Shown here: positions 1 through 8,164 of the stretch, one piece after another | Layout of the letters: each line of letters starts with the position of its first letter | Position numbering within the stretch: position 1 is the stretch's first letter | IMG/VR virus record: IMGVR_UViG_3300031953_000026 | Location: 1 to 49,617 of that record | Direction: 5' to 3' (one strand) | Source of the DNA: a virus | Lineage: Duplodnaviria; Caudoviricetes | Length of the DNA stretch: 49,617 bases | Made by a program: the position numbers and the translations under genes | The notes under the pieces: model-generated | Seen by the model: the letters and a program-made list of their open reading frames with translations, nothing else | Databases searched by the model: none | What the model was told of the DNA's origin: nothing

Positions 1-148
1 AAAAGAGGGTATAGTCCGTATGATACGGTAAACAAAAAAGAAAAAGGACTGATCAGTAGTTTGGATTTTGCCTTGAAAAAGAAGTCGGTAGAGGTTGGGT
101 TTAAGACTATGGAATCCTATACAATAGCCGTTAAGCGATTTAAAGAAT
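1..148. repeat. Terminal direct repeat copy 1 (circular assembly overlap)
   Basis: 1-126 is identical to 49470-49595. The match continues to 148/49617 with two mismatches (127 G vs A; 147 A vs G). Confidence 0.95.
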
Positions 149-933
149 GGTTAGTTGATAATGGGTATAAACATTTGCCGGTTCATAAAGTCGATAAACG
201 CATTGTTAATTTATACCTCAATCATATAGCCGCCCTCACTTCTAACCGATCCCGCAACAATTACAAATCTTCTTTGAGTGCTATTTTTACCGTATTGGAG
301 GATAATGATTATATCGATAGGAATTTTGTGAGGAATATCAAGGACCTGAAAACTGCCCCGAAAAGAGATCCCACGTATTCAGATAAACAAGTAGAAGATA
401 TTACCGATTATTTACAAAAAAATGACAGGGTAATGCTTTTATTTATCTGGTTCGTGTCTTATATGTTTTGGCGGCCAAAGGAAAATTGTCGATTGCAGGT
501 AAAGGACGTAAACCTGGAACAGCGGTTAATTTACGAAAAAACCAAGACAAAGGGTTTAAAGACCAAACTAATCCCGGATATACTCTACGATGATTTAAAG
601 GAATATATCAAAGGAGCGCAACTGGAGGACCTTCTATTTACTCCCAACGGACCAGGAACATGGGAAAGGCAATTGGACAACAGGCGGGGGTACTTTACCC
701 TGAGATATGCCCGGTTAAAAAAGAAAATGAATGTGCCTAAAGAATACACTGTTTACGGATTTCGGCACACGGGAATTACTAAGATTTATAAAGCACTTAT
801 TGAGGATCACACCAAAGACAAAGCCCTGGAGATATTAGCGAGTATTACCGGGCACACTTCTAAGGCTATGCTGGATTATATACATTTCGTAGATGCGAGT
901 TTGCCGGATGAGTATTCAAAGTATTTAAAATAA
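1..933 (+). CDS. int: Tyrosine integrase, C-terminal part (full gene runs 49224 across the junction to 933)
   Basis: Catalytic motifs: R in WRPKE, HxxR-like GFRHTG, TGH and LDY. SAM-like core region. The frame is open from position 1 and continuous with 49224-49617. Confidence 0.92.
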   Translation, partial: KRGYSPYDTVNKKEKGLISSLDFALKKKSVEVGFKTMESYTIAVKRFKEWLVDNGYKHLPVHKVDKRIVNLYLNHIAALTSNRSRNNYKSSLSAIFTVLEDNDYIDRNFVRNIKDLKTAPKRDPTYSDKQVEDITDYLQKNDRVMLLFIWFVSYMFWRPKENCRLQVKDVNLEQRLIYEKTKTKGLKTKLIPDILYDDLKEYIKGAQLEDLLFTPNGPGTWERQLDNRRGYFTLRYARLKKKMNVPKEYTVYGFRHTGITKIYKALIEDHTKDKALEILASITGHTSKAMLDYIHFVDASLPDEYSKYLK

Positions 934-992
934 CCGTATATTTACGCAACAGTACTTTGAGCGCATGAGCGTACCAGTCAAAGTCTTTTATT

Positions 993-1022
993 AAAGCCAC
1001 TCAGTTAACGGGGTGGCTTTTT
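993..1022 (+). terminator. Rho-independent terminator downstream of integrase
   Basis: AAAGCCACTC-AGTTAACG-GGGTGGCTTT hairpin followed by a T-run. Confidence 0.75.
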
Positions 1023-1108
1023 AGATCCCAATAATAAGTCCACAAACTTATATCAGGGTGTTATAAGGTTTTAGACTAATCATTCCAATGTAAATTTTAT
1101 CCTGTTTA

Positions 1109-1141
1109 TTTGTTTTATTCCATTATTATTTTGTATATTTG
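1109..1141 (+). promoter_or_regulatory. Bacteroidota sigma-A-type promoter driving accessory island 1
   Basis: TTTG (1109-1112) and TATATTTG (1134-1141) match the -33/-7 consensus TTTG/TAnnTTTG. Confidence 0.7.
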
Positions 1142-1164
1142 TGTTCACGGTTTAAAATAATAGT

Positions 1165-1392
1165 ATGGGAAATTACTTAAACGGTTATGCAAAGGTTGTC
1201 TGTGGATACTGCGGCATTCATAGGACGCTTGAAGGGCACGACGGCTGCATAGGAACACTTCCAAATGTGATGAATGCCTGTTGTGGCCACGGGGAAAAAG
1301 AAGCTGCTTATGTCCAGTTTTGGGATAAGAAAAGAATAGCGGGTAATGAAGCGTTGAGATATATTAAAGAAAATAAGATGGAAGGCTATTGA
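1165..1392 (+). CDS. Small Cys/His-rich (probable metal-binding) phage protein
   Basis: CGYCG...HDGC...ACCGHG motifs; lies directly downstream of a promoter. Confidence 0.7.
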   Translation: MGNYLNGYAKVVCGYCGIHRTLEGHDGCIGTLPNVMNACCGHGEKEAAYVQFWDKKRIAGNEALRYIKENKMEGY

Positions 1393-1477
1393 CTACAACG
1401 GATGCGTATAAAGTTTCGGTTGCCTGTGTGCAAACTGACTTCGGCAACTGAACTTTATGCGGTGTTGTGTGTTGTGC
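1391..1477 (+). other. attC-like imperfect hairpin (putative recombination site)
   Basis: AAC (1397-1399), arm CGTATAAAGTTTCGGTTGCC (1405-1424), loop, arm GGCAACTGAACTTTATGCG (1443-1461), then GTT (1464-1466). One bulged T and two G-T wobbles on the + strand. Confidence 0.6.
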
Positions 1478-1502
1478 GGGTCGCTAACTAAAATTAAATA
1501 AA

Positions 1503-1757
1503 ATGGAAATAACCATCAAAATAATCAATCCGTTTAAAAATATAAAAGATTGGTTTAAATATGATAAGAGATTTTGGGAATTATGTACGATAGAAAGAAG
1601 TGTTTTAGGCTTGGATGATATTGACAGGAATTATTTTCATTGTAGATACATTAGACATCGTTTCACGGGAAAATCCTTAAGCTATGATGGTTGGGGTGAT
1701 AAATTACGCCAAGTAGCAATATATCAAGTTAATGGTCAATATCATAAATTACCTTAG
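1503..1757 (+). CDS. Hypothetical protein (putative gene cassette)
   Basis: 84-aa ORF flanked by complementary GTTGTGTGTTGTGC / GCATTACACACAAC ends. Confidence 0.7.
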   Translation: MEITIKIINPFKNIKDWFKYDKRFWELCTIERSVLGLDDIDRNYFHCRYIRHRFTGKSLSYDGWGDKLRQVAIYQVNGQYHKLP

Positions 1758-1766
1758 CATTACACA

Positions 1767-1814
1767 CAACGTACCGCTAAACACAACTCCAAATAAACCC
1801 ATTGTGTTTATATC
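1767..1814 (+). repeat. 48-bp dispersed repeat copy A
   Basis: 42/48 identical to 19961-20008. Confidence 0.9.
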
Positions 1815-1838
1815 TACCAACCCCTCACTTTAAACAAT

Positions 1839-2054
1839 ATGACATATAAAGAAATAAAGGATAAACACAAATTGACGGACCACGACATCGGCTTGATGTT
1901 CGGGTATAAATCCGGGCATAGTTTCACCTCTTCCCACAAATTCAAGGTAATTGTAGCAGGGATAGAACGGCTTTACAATGTGTTTTTGAAGGATAAGGAG
2001 TTGAACAAAAAGAAAGTAATTAGAGCTGTAACCGATAAAATAAAAGGGATATGA
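1839..2054 (+). CDS. Small putative HTH DNA-binding protein
   Basis: EIKDKHKLTDHDIGLMFGYKS resembles a helix-turn-helix; ATGA overlap with the next gene. Confidence 0.55.
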   Translation: MTYKEIKDKHKLTDHDIGLMFGYKSGHSFTSSHKFKVIVAGIERLYNVFLKDKELNKKKVIRAVTDKIKGI

Positions 2055-2245
2055 AAAATTTAATTGATTTATATAAAGAGCAAAGGGATGAATATTCAGC
2101 AAAACTACTAAAAAATATAGAAGATTTTTCAATGGCCGACACTCAAGAGGAAATGATGATTATTGCAAAAAAAGGAGCTGGATTTAAATTAATGCTTGAG
2201 CACGCAGAAAATGAAATTGACAAATTAGAAAAAGCTAATCCCTAA
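2051..2245 (+). CDS. Hypothetical coiled-coil protein
   Basis: 64-aa ORF translationally coupled to the previous gene. Confidence 0.6.
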   Translation: MKNLIDLYKEQRDEYSAKLLKNIEDFSMADTQEEMMIIAKKGAGFKLMLEHAENEIDKLEKANP

Positions 2246-2291
2246 ACCAATAGTTTAGATAATGAACTTAGAATAAACTAAAATTAAAATT

Positions 2292-2627
2292 ATGAGATTA
2301 ATATCAATGACCGATTACGTGTTAAATTTAGCGCAATCAAATTCGCACGAAGATTACTTTAAAAAGGGTATGATGATTTTTTACGCTGAATTTTTAACAC
2401 AGCCTTTAAGCCTTGAAATGTTCGTATCTTCAAATAAAGAGGATATTTTATTTGAAGATGTCGAAATAAAAGAATTTGGGAGGGTTGTTGTTAGAACTGA
2501 CTTTGAAGATGTTACAATTGCAAATACCAAAATAGGGACAATGCCTAACTGGAAAATTGAAGATCTGGTAAAATATAAATTAATACTAACAGATTCAGCA
2601 AGCAAGCAATTTTGCCTTGAATCCTAA
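2292..2627 (+). CDS. Hypothetical phage protein (MRLISMTDYVL...IEDL type)
   Basis: 111-aa ORF with an A-rich leader; its stop overlaps the stop of the convergent spanin-like gene. Confidence 0.7.
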   Translation: MRLISMTDYVLNLAQSNSHEDYFKKGMMIFYAEFLTQPLSLEMFVSSNKEDILFEDVEIKEFGRVVVRTDFEDVTIANTKIGTMPNWKIEDLVKYKLILTDSASKQFCLES

Positions 2628-3283
2628 AACCTAATCAAATTATAGCTCACACCAATCCCGATATAAGGTGCTAAACTAAAGTTAGCCCCAAGACCATATC
2701 CCACCTGTAAACCGATTCCTAAGCGCTTGGGGCGTTCCTTGAAGGTGTAACTATCCAATCCTATTGTTTTGATTAGTTCGTTTGAATTAACGGCTTCTAT
2801 GCGATATTCGGAATTAAAAAAGCCTTTGGTTTTCCCGATTACAAATGATAATGTATTCGGGATTTCAAGGGTGTTTATTTTTAGTCCTTGATCAGTCGCA
2901 AACCCCTCTACAAAATAGTTCTTAGATTGGGATCTGAATCTCGTATCTGAGTAATACGGGATAAAAACAGAATCCACTTTGACTAATTGCGTGATATTTC
3001 CCGCTGCATCCACTTTTTTAAACCCACTTACCATGCGTTTTAATTGCCGGGTTGAATCTATTTGTTTTGTGAGCAGGATTTGAAGGGATTCTTTCCCGCC
3101 TTGAATTGTTTTTCTGTGGGCTATTTCCTGTCCGATTTCATTTTTGTAATAGGTAATGGTATCATTTAAATACTCCGTGACCGACTCCGTGTTTTCTGCG
3201 GTATTTCTGCGATTGTTGCAACCGTCGAACAACAAGAATAATAAGAGAGTTATTATCAATAAATAAATGAGGTGGTTTTTCAT
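2624..3283 (-). CDS. Spanin-like / Rz-like lysis protein
   Basis: N-terminal TM with possible lipobox (FDGC), coiled coil, C-terminal GLQVGYG...YIGIGVSYNL beta-strands; lies at the end of the late operon. Confidence 0.6.
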   Translation of the reverse strand: MKNHLIYLLIITLLLFLLFDGCNNRRNTAENTESVTEYLNDTITYYKNEIGQEIAHRKTIQGGKESLQILLTKQIDSTRQLKRMVSGFKKVDAAGNITQLVKVDSVFIPYYSDTRFRSQSKNYFVEGFATDQGLKINTLEIPNTLSFVIGKTKGFFNSEYRIEAVNSNELIKTIGLDSYTFKERPKRLGIGLQVGYGLGANFSLAPYIGIGVSYNLIRF

Positions 3284-3286
3284 AAC

Positions 3287-3332
3287 TTCGTCTAAAGTTC
3301 GTCTAAAATACGTCTAAGTTCGTCTAAAGTTC
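3287..3332. repeat. Four tandem ~11-bp repeats TTCGTCTAAAG
   Basis: TTCGTCTAAAG TTCGTCTAAAA TACGTCTAAG TTCGTCTAAAG TTC. Confidence 0.9.
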
Positions 3333-3566
3333 ATTTTTCAGTTTTTCAATGTATAAAGTCGCATCCATCATTTCCTCTTGAAGATGATTCAACCACTCTA
3401 ACAAGCTTAAATCTTTCCGGTCTAATGTAACACCGTATTTCTTTATCCCTACCTCTGAACGCTCCTGGAACTTATCTACGACCGATTGAACAATGGTATC
3501 TCCGCCCGATGTGTTGTTTTCGCTCTCAAAATGTATATGCGATTTAAAATCATCCCTGTAACTCAT
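3324..3566 (-). CDS. Conserved phage protein, all-alpha NTP-pyrophosphohydrolase-like (GIKKYG...LQEEMMDATLY)
   Basis: EExxD acidic motif. Probable start is MSYRDD at 3566, because the longer ORF-track start runs through intergenic repeats. Confidence 0.55.
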   Translation of the reverse strand: MSYRDDFKSHIHFESENNTSGGDTIVQSVVDKFQERSEVGIKKYGVTLDRKDLSLLEWLNHLQEEMMDATLYIEKLKNEL

Positions 3567-3623
3567 ATATTTTACAATTTTGTATGTATTTGTCAAGTAT
3601 ATTGTACCGTTTACGTGACTTTT

Positions 3624-3677
3624 AGTCCACATATACACTAACTTTATTTAAATTAAGTCCACATATACACTAACTTT
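3624..3677. repeat. 22-bp direct repeat AGTCCACATATACACTAACTTT x2
   Basis: Copies at 3624-3645 and 3656-3677 (32-bp period). Confidence 0.9.
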
Positions 3678-3715
3678 TGTTCCTTGAAATAACGATATTT
3701 TGTTTATTTGTTCGG

Positions 3716-4996
3716 TTAAATAACAACTTTGAAAATCGTTCTGTTGGTATCTAATTTGCTGACTGATTTTGCATTATAAGCTTCGAGTTGATGAATGATA
3801 TCATAGCCCTCAATATCGGAAACGTCCTGCAAATCAACGGCAATTTTATTAATCCTTCCGCCCCTGCATAAGAAGTAGTTTTGACCCGCTTTCCCTGCCA
3901 GATTTAAGGCGTTCTCACTGTATGAATTTGCTCCAACCATAGAAGATGAACGTGCGCTGAAATCATTGATATTAGTGGCGTGAATATGCCCGCCTATCAT
4001 AAAATCAATTTTTATTCCGTTCAACGAATACCGTCCTATTCCCGCTTGCGCTTTTGATTGTTGGCTGGTCATTTTGCTGATGTCGTGTGCTACTAACCAA
4101 TTTAATCCGTCAATTTCAACTACTTCTTCTACCTTGTCTAAACTGCCAAAAGTGATCCCTTTTATTTTTGAGTATTCCAGGATTTGTTTCAGGCCATCCA
4201 TAATAATGAAATCGTAATTATCACTTAATCCCTCATTGCTAAATGGCATTTCTTTTCCGGCCCTGCTTTCGTTTCCTAATACGGAAACAATTGTAATTTC
4301 ATAACCTGCATTTCTGACTTCTAAAATAGACTGCAGTATAATATACCGAACTAAAGAGGTGGCTTTTGCTCTATTGGTTGAAGCGTTTAAAAGTTCATCC
4401 AATCTACGGTCAGAATTTAGAAGATCGCCTGTGAATAACATAGCGACCTTTTTATAATTTTTTAACCTGAAATCTTCCAGACATTGCGAAATATAAAACT
4501 TGTATCTTTTTGCCAGTACATTGAAATCATATTTATTATGCGGCAAATCTACCAGTTCATTTCCGTGCAGATCCGTTGGTTGAATCACACCTACTCCTGA
4601 TGCGTTCAGGTTTCTTTTAAGGGGTTTTAACTTAATTGTTTTTAACGCTTCTCCGTGTTCTTTGTAAATTTCCAATTGGGATTTTGCGAACTCTCCCAAA
4701 GCATTTTCCAATCGTGCGTGCTCCCGAAATGATTTGTCTTTTATTCTGCTTAGATCCCTGTATTTTTGAAGCCCTTTTTTGAATTTTACATTTTCTCCAA
4801 CAACTTCTTTATCAGCAATTTTCCTATTCAACATATCGCCGATATGCTTTCTGAAAGAATCCATTTCCACATATTCTAATAAAGCGTGTTTGTGGTGCAG
4901 GAATTTTGCTACTGCTGATTTATTTCCTTGTAATTCAGAATTGTTTAAATATAAATCAAAGGCTTCTTCAATGTATTCGTCATAATCTAAAACCAT
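3716..4996 (-). CDS. Calcineurin-like metallophosphoesterase
   Basis: Motifs DLH, TGD, GNE, AHD and GHIH in canonical order, after an N-terminal helical region. Confidence 0.8.
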   Translation of the reverse strand: MVLDYDEYIEEAFDLYLNNSELQGNKSAVAKFLHHKHALLEYVEMDSFRKHIGDMLNRKIADKEVVGENVKFKKGLQKYRDLSRIKDKSFREHARLENALGEFAKSQLEIYKEHGEALKTIKLKPLKRNLNASGVGVIQPTDLHGNELVDLPHNKYDFNVLAKRYKFYISQCLEDFRLKNYKKVAMLFTGDLLNSDRRLDELLNASTNRAKATSLVRYIILQSILEVRNAGYEITIVSVLGNESRAGKEMPFSNEGLSDNYDFIIMDGLKQILEYSKIKGITFGSLDKVEEVVEIDGLNWLVAHDISKMTSQQSKAQAGIGRYSLNGIKIDFMIGGHIHATNINDFSARSSSMVGANSYSENALNLAGKAGQNYFLCRGGRINKIAVDLQDVSDIEGYDIIHQLEAYNAKSVSKLDTNRTIFKVVI

Positions 4997-5034
4997 ATAA
5001 GGGGGGATTGGTTAATATTATATTGGGGTAAGAA

Positions 5035-5361
5035 TTATGCTTTATTATATATTTCGTTTGCTTTTTCTATTGCTGCGTTTTGGGCTTCTGCTCTTGAATC
5101 GGAATTACCACCACCTCCGTAATTATCATTGGTATCTGTATTTAAAACTACCCATTCAAAGGTGTTTATAAAATCCAATTCATCATCCACGGCTCTTTCT
5201 ACAATAACTTCAAATTCAACATTATCGAGGAAGTCTAAATAAATACCCCACTGCATTGATGAGTGTAAATCACGAAAATCATTGTACAATATTGAAGCAT
5301 CGTGGCACTCGTTTAAATACCACTTTCTAAAATCGCTTTTGCACTTTCCAGTTAATTTCAT
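5035..5361 (-). CDS. Hypothetical protein, LTGKCK...SMQxGxY...AIEKANEIYN family (paralog 1)
   Basis: Shares terminal and central motifs with 36285-36605 and 36617-36973. Confidence 0.75.
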   Translation of the reverse strand: MKLTGKCKSDFRKWYLNECHDASILYNDFRDLHSSMQWGIYLDFLDNVEFEVIVERAVDDELDFINTFEWVVLNTDTNDNYGGGGNSDSRAEAQNAAIEKANEIYNKA

Positions 5362-5477
5362 CCCTTAAAGTTTTCGTTTGATTTTACATTATAAATATAC
5401 TATAAATCAAGCAATTACAGGGTTTTTAACGTAATTATTCGACGAAATACCCACTTCTAACGGTTAGGGTTACTGTT

Positions 5478-5924
5478 TTACTTAAAATATAAGTCGCTTT
5501 CCTCTTTTCTCCTGCGGGTTAACCCCAATAAAGTTTTACCTTTTGCCTTATTCCACTGGGAAAATTGATAGGCAATATCTGGATCACAAGGATTTGAATT
5601 AATGCGTTTTAGAAGTGTTGAAGATTTAAGATTTGTGGCTCCTAAATTATAAGTAAAAGATACGATTGCATCCCATTGGTTTTGATTTAAACAGACATTT
5701 ACAAGCATTGCGATTTCCTTCTCAAATCCCGATACAATGACCTTTAAAAGTTCCCGGCCCTTTTCCTCAGTAATACTTGCATCGTTCATTGTCACCTTTG
5801 AATTGTCGGGATAAAACGTATTCCCATAACCGATTGTCGGTACTCCAACGGCATCTAAATAAGGATTGCTTCTAAACCCTTCAAACTTTGCTATTAACCT
5901 GATTCCTGATTCACTTGTTTTCAT
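5478..5924 (-). CDS. Endolysin, GH24 (T4/RrrD-like) lysozyme
   Basis: FEG...YLD..GVPTIGYG catalytic E-D-T motif; NQWDAIVSFTYNLG; GLTRRR. Confidence 0.95.
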   Translation of the reverse strand: MKTSESGIRLIAKFEGFRSNPYLDAVGVPTIGYGNTFYPDNSKVTMNDASITEEKGRELLKVIVSGFEKEIAMLVNVCLNQNQWDAIVSFTYNLGATNLKSSTLLKRINSNPCDPDIAYQFSQWNKAKGKTLLGLTRRRKEESDLYFK

Positions 5925-6283
5925 TTCGTGCTTCCGTTTGGGGTTGTGTTAATTAGTAAGGTATTTTCCTTCTCTAATTCGTGGTTTCTTTTCAATAATT
6001 TAGAAACCTCTGTATGTAAGTTTCTGTTATCTTCCTGCAAAATCCTCATGTCCTTTCGTTGCTCAATGTTTTCGTTTTTTAAATTCTTTATCTCGTTAAA
6101 CAACTCCGCAAATTTTGGATCTATTTGTTTCGTCAAAGTATCATATACTTTCTGAACGGATTGAAGCGCCCCGGCTTCCTGTTCTTTGGCGTTTATTTTG
6201 CGCACGTTCCACCCCGTAACAAAAGCACCTAAGCCTCCTAAAAGTGATATAATGGTTTGCCAGTTTTCGATAAAAAAATTCAT
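5921..6283 (-). CDS. Putative holin (single TM plus coiled coil)
   Basis: N-terminal hydrophobic helix; coupled directly upstream of the endolysin. Confidence 0.55.
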   Translation of the reverse strand: MNFFIENWQTIISLLGGLGAFVTGWNVRKINAKEQEAGALQSVQKVYDTLTKQIDPKFAELFNEIKNLKNENIEQRKDMRILQEDNRNLHTEVSKLLKRNHELEKENTLLINTTPNGSTK

Positions 6284-6295
6284 AAAATGAGGGGG

Positions 6296-6739
6296 TTAAT
6301 AGTGTTTATGTGGTTTACTTGGATCTCGCACCTGTTCAAAAAATAAATCTATATACAATCTTCTTATAGGTTGGTTGTTGAATAAATAGGATGTTTTTCC
6401 TGTTTTAATCTCCGCCATAATATTATAAGAACACAGCGGGCAATGGTCAACTTCCAGGTGATGTCCTATTTCGTGATAAACTCTAAATATCAATTCAAAG
6501 TCATCTTTGATATTGCTATCTATGGTAATCGTGCAGATTCCGTTTTTATGCCAATGTTCATTTTTTGCACCGGGCAAAAACAGGATTTTATTAATGGTCG
6601 AAAGTCGCTGTTTTACTTCAATTCCCCTGCTTTCTGCCTGAATTACGAACCCGTCTAAGAGTTCCGCAGTAACCACCGGCCAGTTGGATTTTTGAGCAAA
6701 TGAGCTGCTACACATCAGGAACAGGATTACGTATTTCAT
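6296..6739 (-). CDS. Secreted metzincin-like zinc metalloprotease
   Basis: Signal peptide; HEIGHHLEVDH (HExxHxxxxxH) followed by a Met-turn-like NIMA. Confidence 0.7.
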   Translation of the reverse strand: MKYVILFLMCSSSFAQKSNWPVVTAELLDGFVIQAESRGIEVKQRLSTINKILFLPGAKNEHWHKNGICTITIDSNIKDDFELIFRVYHEIGHHLEVDHCPLCSYNIMAEIKTGKTSYLFNNQPIRRLYIDLFFEQVRDPSKPHKHY

Positions 6740-7119
6740 CTTCGTTGGAATATTGAAATAAGGGTATAATTAAGTTTTCCTTTTCGGTTGGTTTCAATGT
6801 AAAAGGTCGCTCCTAAACTAAAGGATAGTGCTCCTAAATTCCTGCCTATAATGGCTTCGGGGTCTTTGTACTCCCCACCTATTAGAATAGGAATGTTTGC
6901 AGCCAAAACACTACCAACAATACCCCATCCGGTTCTATTGCCTGAGAGCCACATTCCTGTTCCATATCCGGCTGCTCCGTAAAATGCGCCCTGTGCCGTA
7001 TTACGCCCCATTAGTTCATAATTGAAGGTCATTTGTTCATCGGTCTGGATATTCCAGTTGCTTTCCTGTGCCGATAGATTAAGGCTGATAAGCAGTAAAA
7101 GGGGGATCAAGTATTTCAT
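6736..7119 (-). CDS. Signal-peptide membrane protein, Gly-rich helices
   Basis: Probable start MKYLIPLLLLISLNLSAQ at 7119; Gly-rich hydrophobic segments. Confidence 0.65.
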   Translation of the reverse strand: MKYLIPLLLLISLNLSAQESNWNIQTDEQMTFNYELMGRNTAQGAFYGAAGYGTGMWLSGNRTGWGIVGSVLAANIPILIGGEYKDPEAIIGRNLGALSFSLGATFYIETNRKGKLNYTLISIFQRR

Positions 7120-7220
7120 AAGTTGAAGTATATGGATAGGCTTATAATTATAAGTAATATGGTAAATACCCAAAGGAATATTTTCCAGGTCGGCTGTTCT
7201 TTGTCAAAGTAGTTTTTCAT
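7116..7220 (-). CDS. 34-aa single-TM peptide (not in ORF track)
   Basis: MKNYFDKEQPTWKIFLWVFTILLIIISLSIYFNL; its TGA overlaps the next ATG (ATGA). Confidence 0.55.
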   Translation of the reverse strand: MKNYFDKEQPTWKIFLWVFTILLIIISLSIYFNL

Positions 7221-7246
7221 AATAAGGGTTCTTTAGTGGGTTCATA

Positions 7247-8164
7247 TTATATCCAATTGATTGATCTCAGTAAATCATAGGCGGATTCCCCTTTTTGAAG
7301 CATAGCTAAATAACTCCCGTGTTCATTGTCCGACATAGTAGGTTTGAATCCGCCCTTTTGTGCTGTGGTCAAATCCATTTTACGAGGTTGGATGCGTATA
7401 TCAATCATATAAGAATTTGCGATATCATTTGCAAAGGTTTCTTTTACGATGTTCATATCCACTTCCTGTTGTTCTTCTGGCCTGTAATAAAGATAAGTAT
7501 CCAAGAAAGGGGCTGTTTCAAAATATTTTATCCCGTTGATCTGGAACGCCCTTATGTAATCCATTTGAGCAACCGTATTAGCATAGTAAGCGTTCCTTTT
7601 TAAATCCGTGTTATCGCTCTCCCCTTGATGCCTCAATAATACCGCCCTGATTTCCTTGCCGGGGTTTTCAGCTATGATATCGTTTATTGCAGGGGTGGCA
7701 TACGTTTTTAAAAACATATCCAGTAAGTTGTCGCTGTTGTATGCACTCCAGTTTGATGGCCCTGAATACAAAGCAGTACCACCTCTCATTGCTTTAACGT
7801 AATACACTTTGTTTGCCGTGTGCTGTTTTAAGAGAGGGCAAAGGGATATCTCCGCACCAAAAGTCCTATCCGTTGGCGTATATTGCGTGGTGTTCACACC
7901 CGCGCTCATATCTTCCATTACCCCATCGTCCGTGAGGTTCATAATTGGCTTGTTATACATCCTGCAATTTGCGGGGGTTTTGCTATACGCCATCTTTGTT
8001 AATCCCGCAGCGGTTATCTGGTCTGTTGCCACTAACCTGTCGGCTTCTCCCTGTCCCCCGTTGGATTGTGAAAACTCCAATATCACGGGGACAAAATCCG
8101 TCACAACCCCTATCCCGAATTTTTTTAAACTGCTCGCGCCCGCTATGGAAAAGAAACTACACAT
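7247..8164 (-). CDS. SGNH-type sialate O-acetylesterase (SASA/CE6-like), probably tail-associated
   Basis: SQSN, QGESD and DNEH (DxxH) motifs. Confidence 0.8.
   Translation of the reverse strand: MCSFFSIAGASSLKKFGIGVVTDFVPVILEFSQSNGGQGEADRLVATDQITAAGLTKMAYSKTPANCRMYNKPIMNLTDDGVMEDMSAGVNTTQYTPTDRTFGAEISLCPLLKQHTANKVYYVKAMRGGTALYSGPSNWSAYNSDNLLDMFLKTYATPAINDIIAENPGKEIRAVLLRHQGESDNTDLKRNAYYANTVAQMDYIRAFQINGIKYFETAPFLDTYLYYRPEEQQEVDMNIVKETFANDIANSYMIDIRIQPRKMDLTTAQKGGFKPTMSDNEHGSYLAMLQKGESAYDLLRSINWI

Noticed and set aside
1-148. Terminal repeat as a biological direct terminal repeat
   Set aside because: It falls in the middle of the integrase ORF and has the length of a typical assembler overlap, so it is better explained as a circularisation artefact.
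1-933. Integrase as an integron integrase (IntI)
   Set aside because: It has an N-terminal arm-binding region and adjacent attP-like repeats, and I cannot see the IntI-specific insertion. It looks like an ordinary prophage integrase.
3287-3690. Short repeats as a CRISPR array
   Set aside because: Only 2-4 units, no unique spacers of 25-45 bp, and no cas genes.
5462-5472. GGTTAGGGTTA as a telomere-like repeat
   Set aside because: Fewer than two full units; explained by the TAACGGTTAG junction motif.
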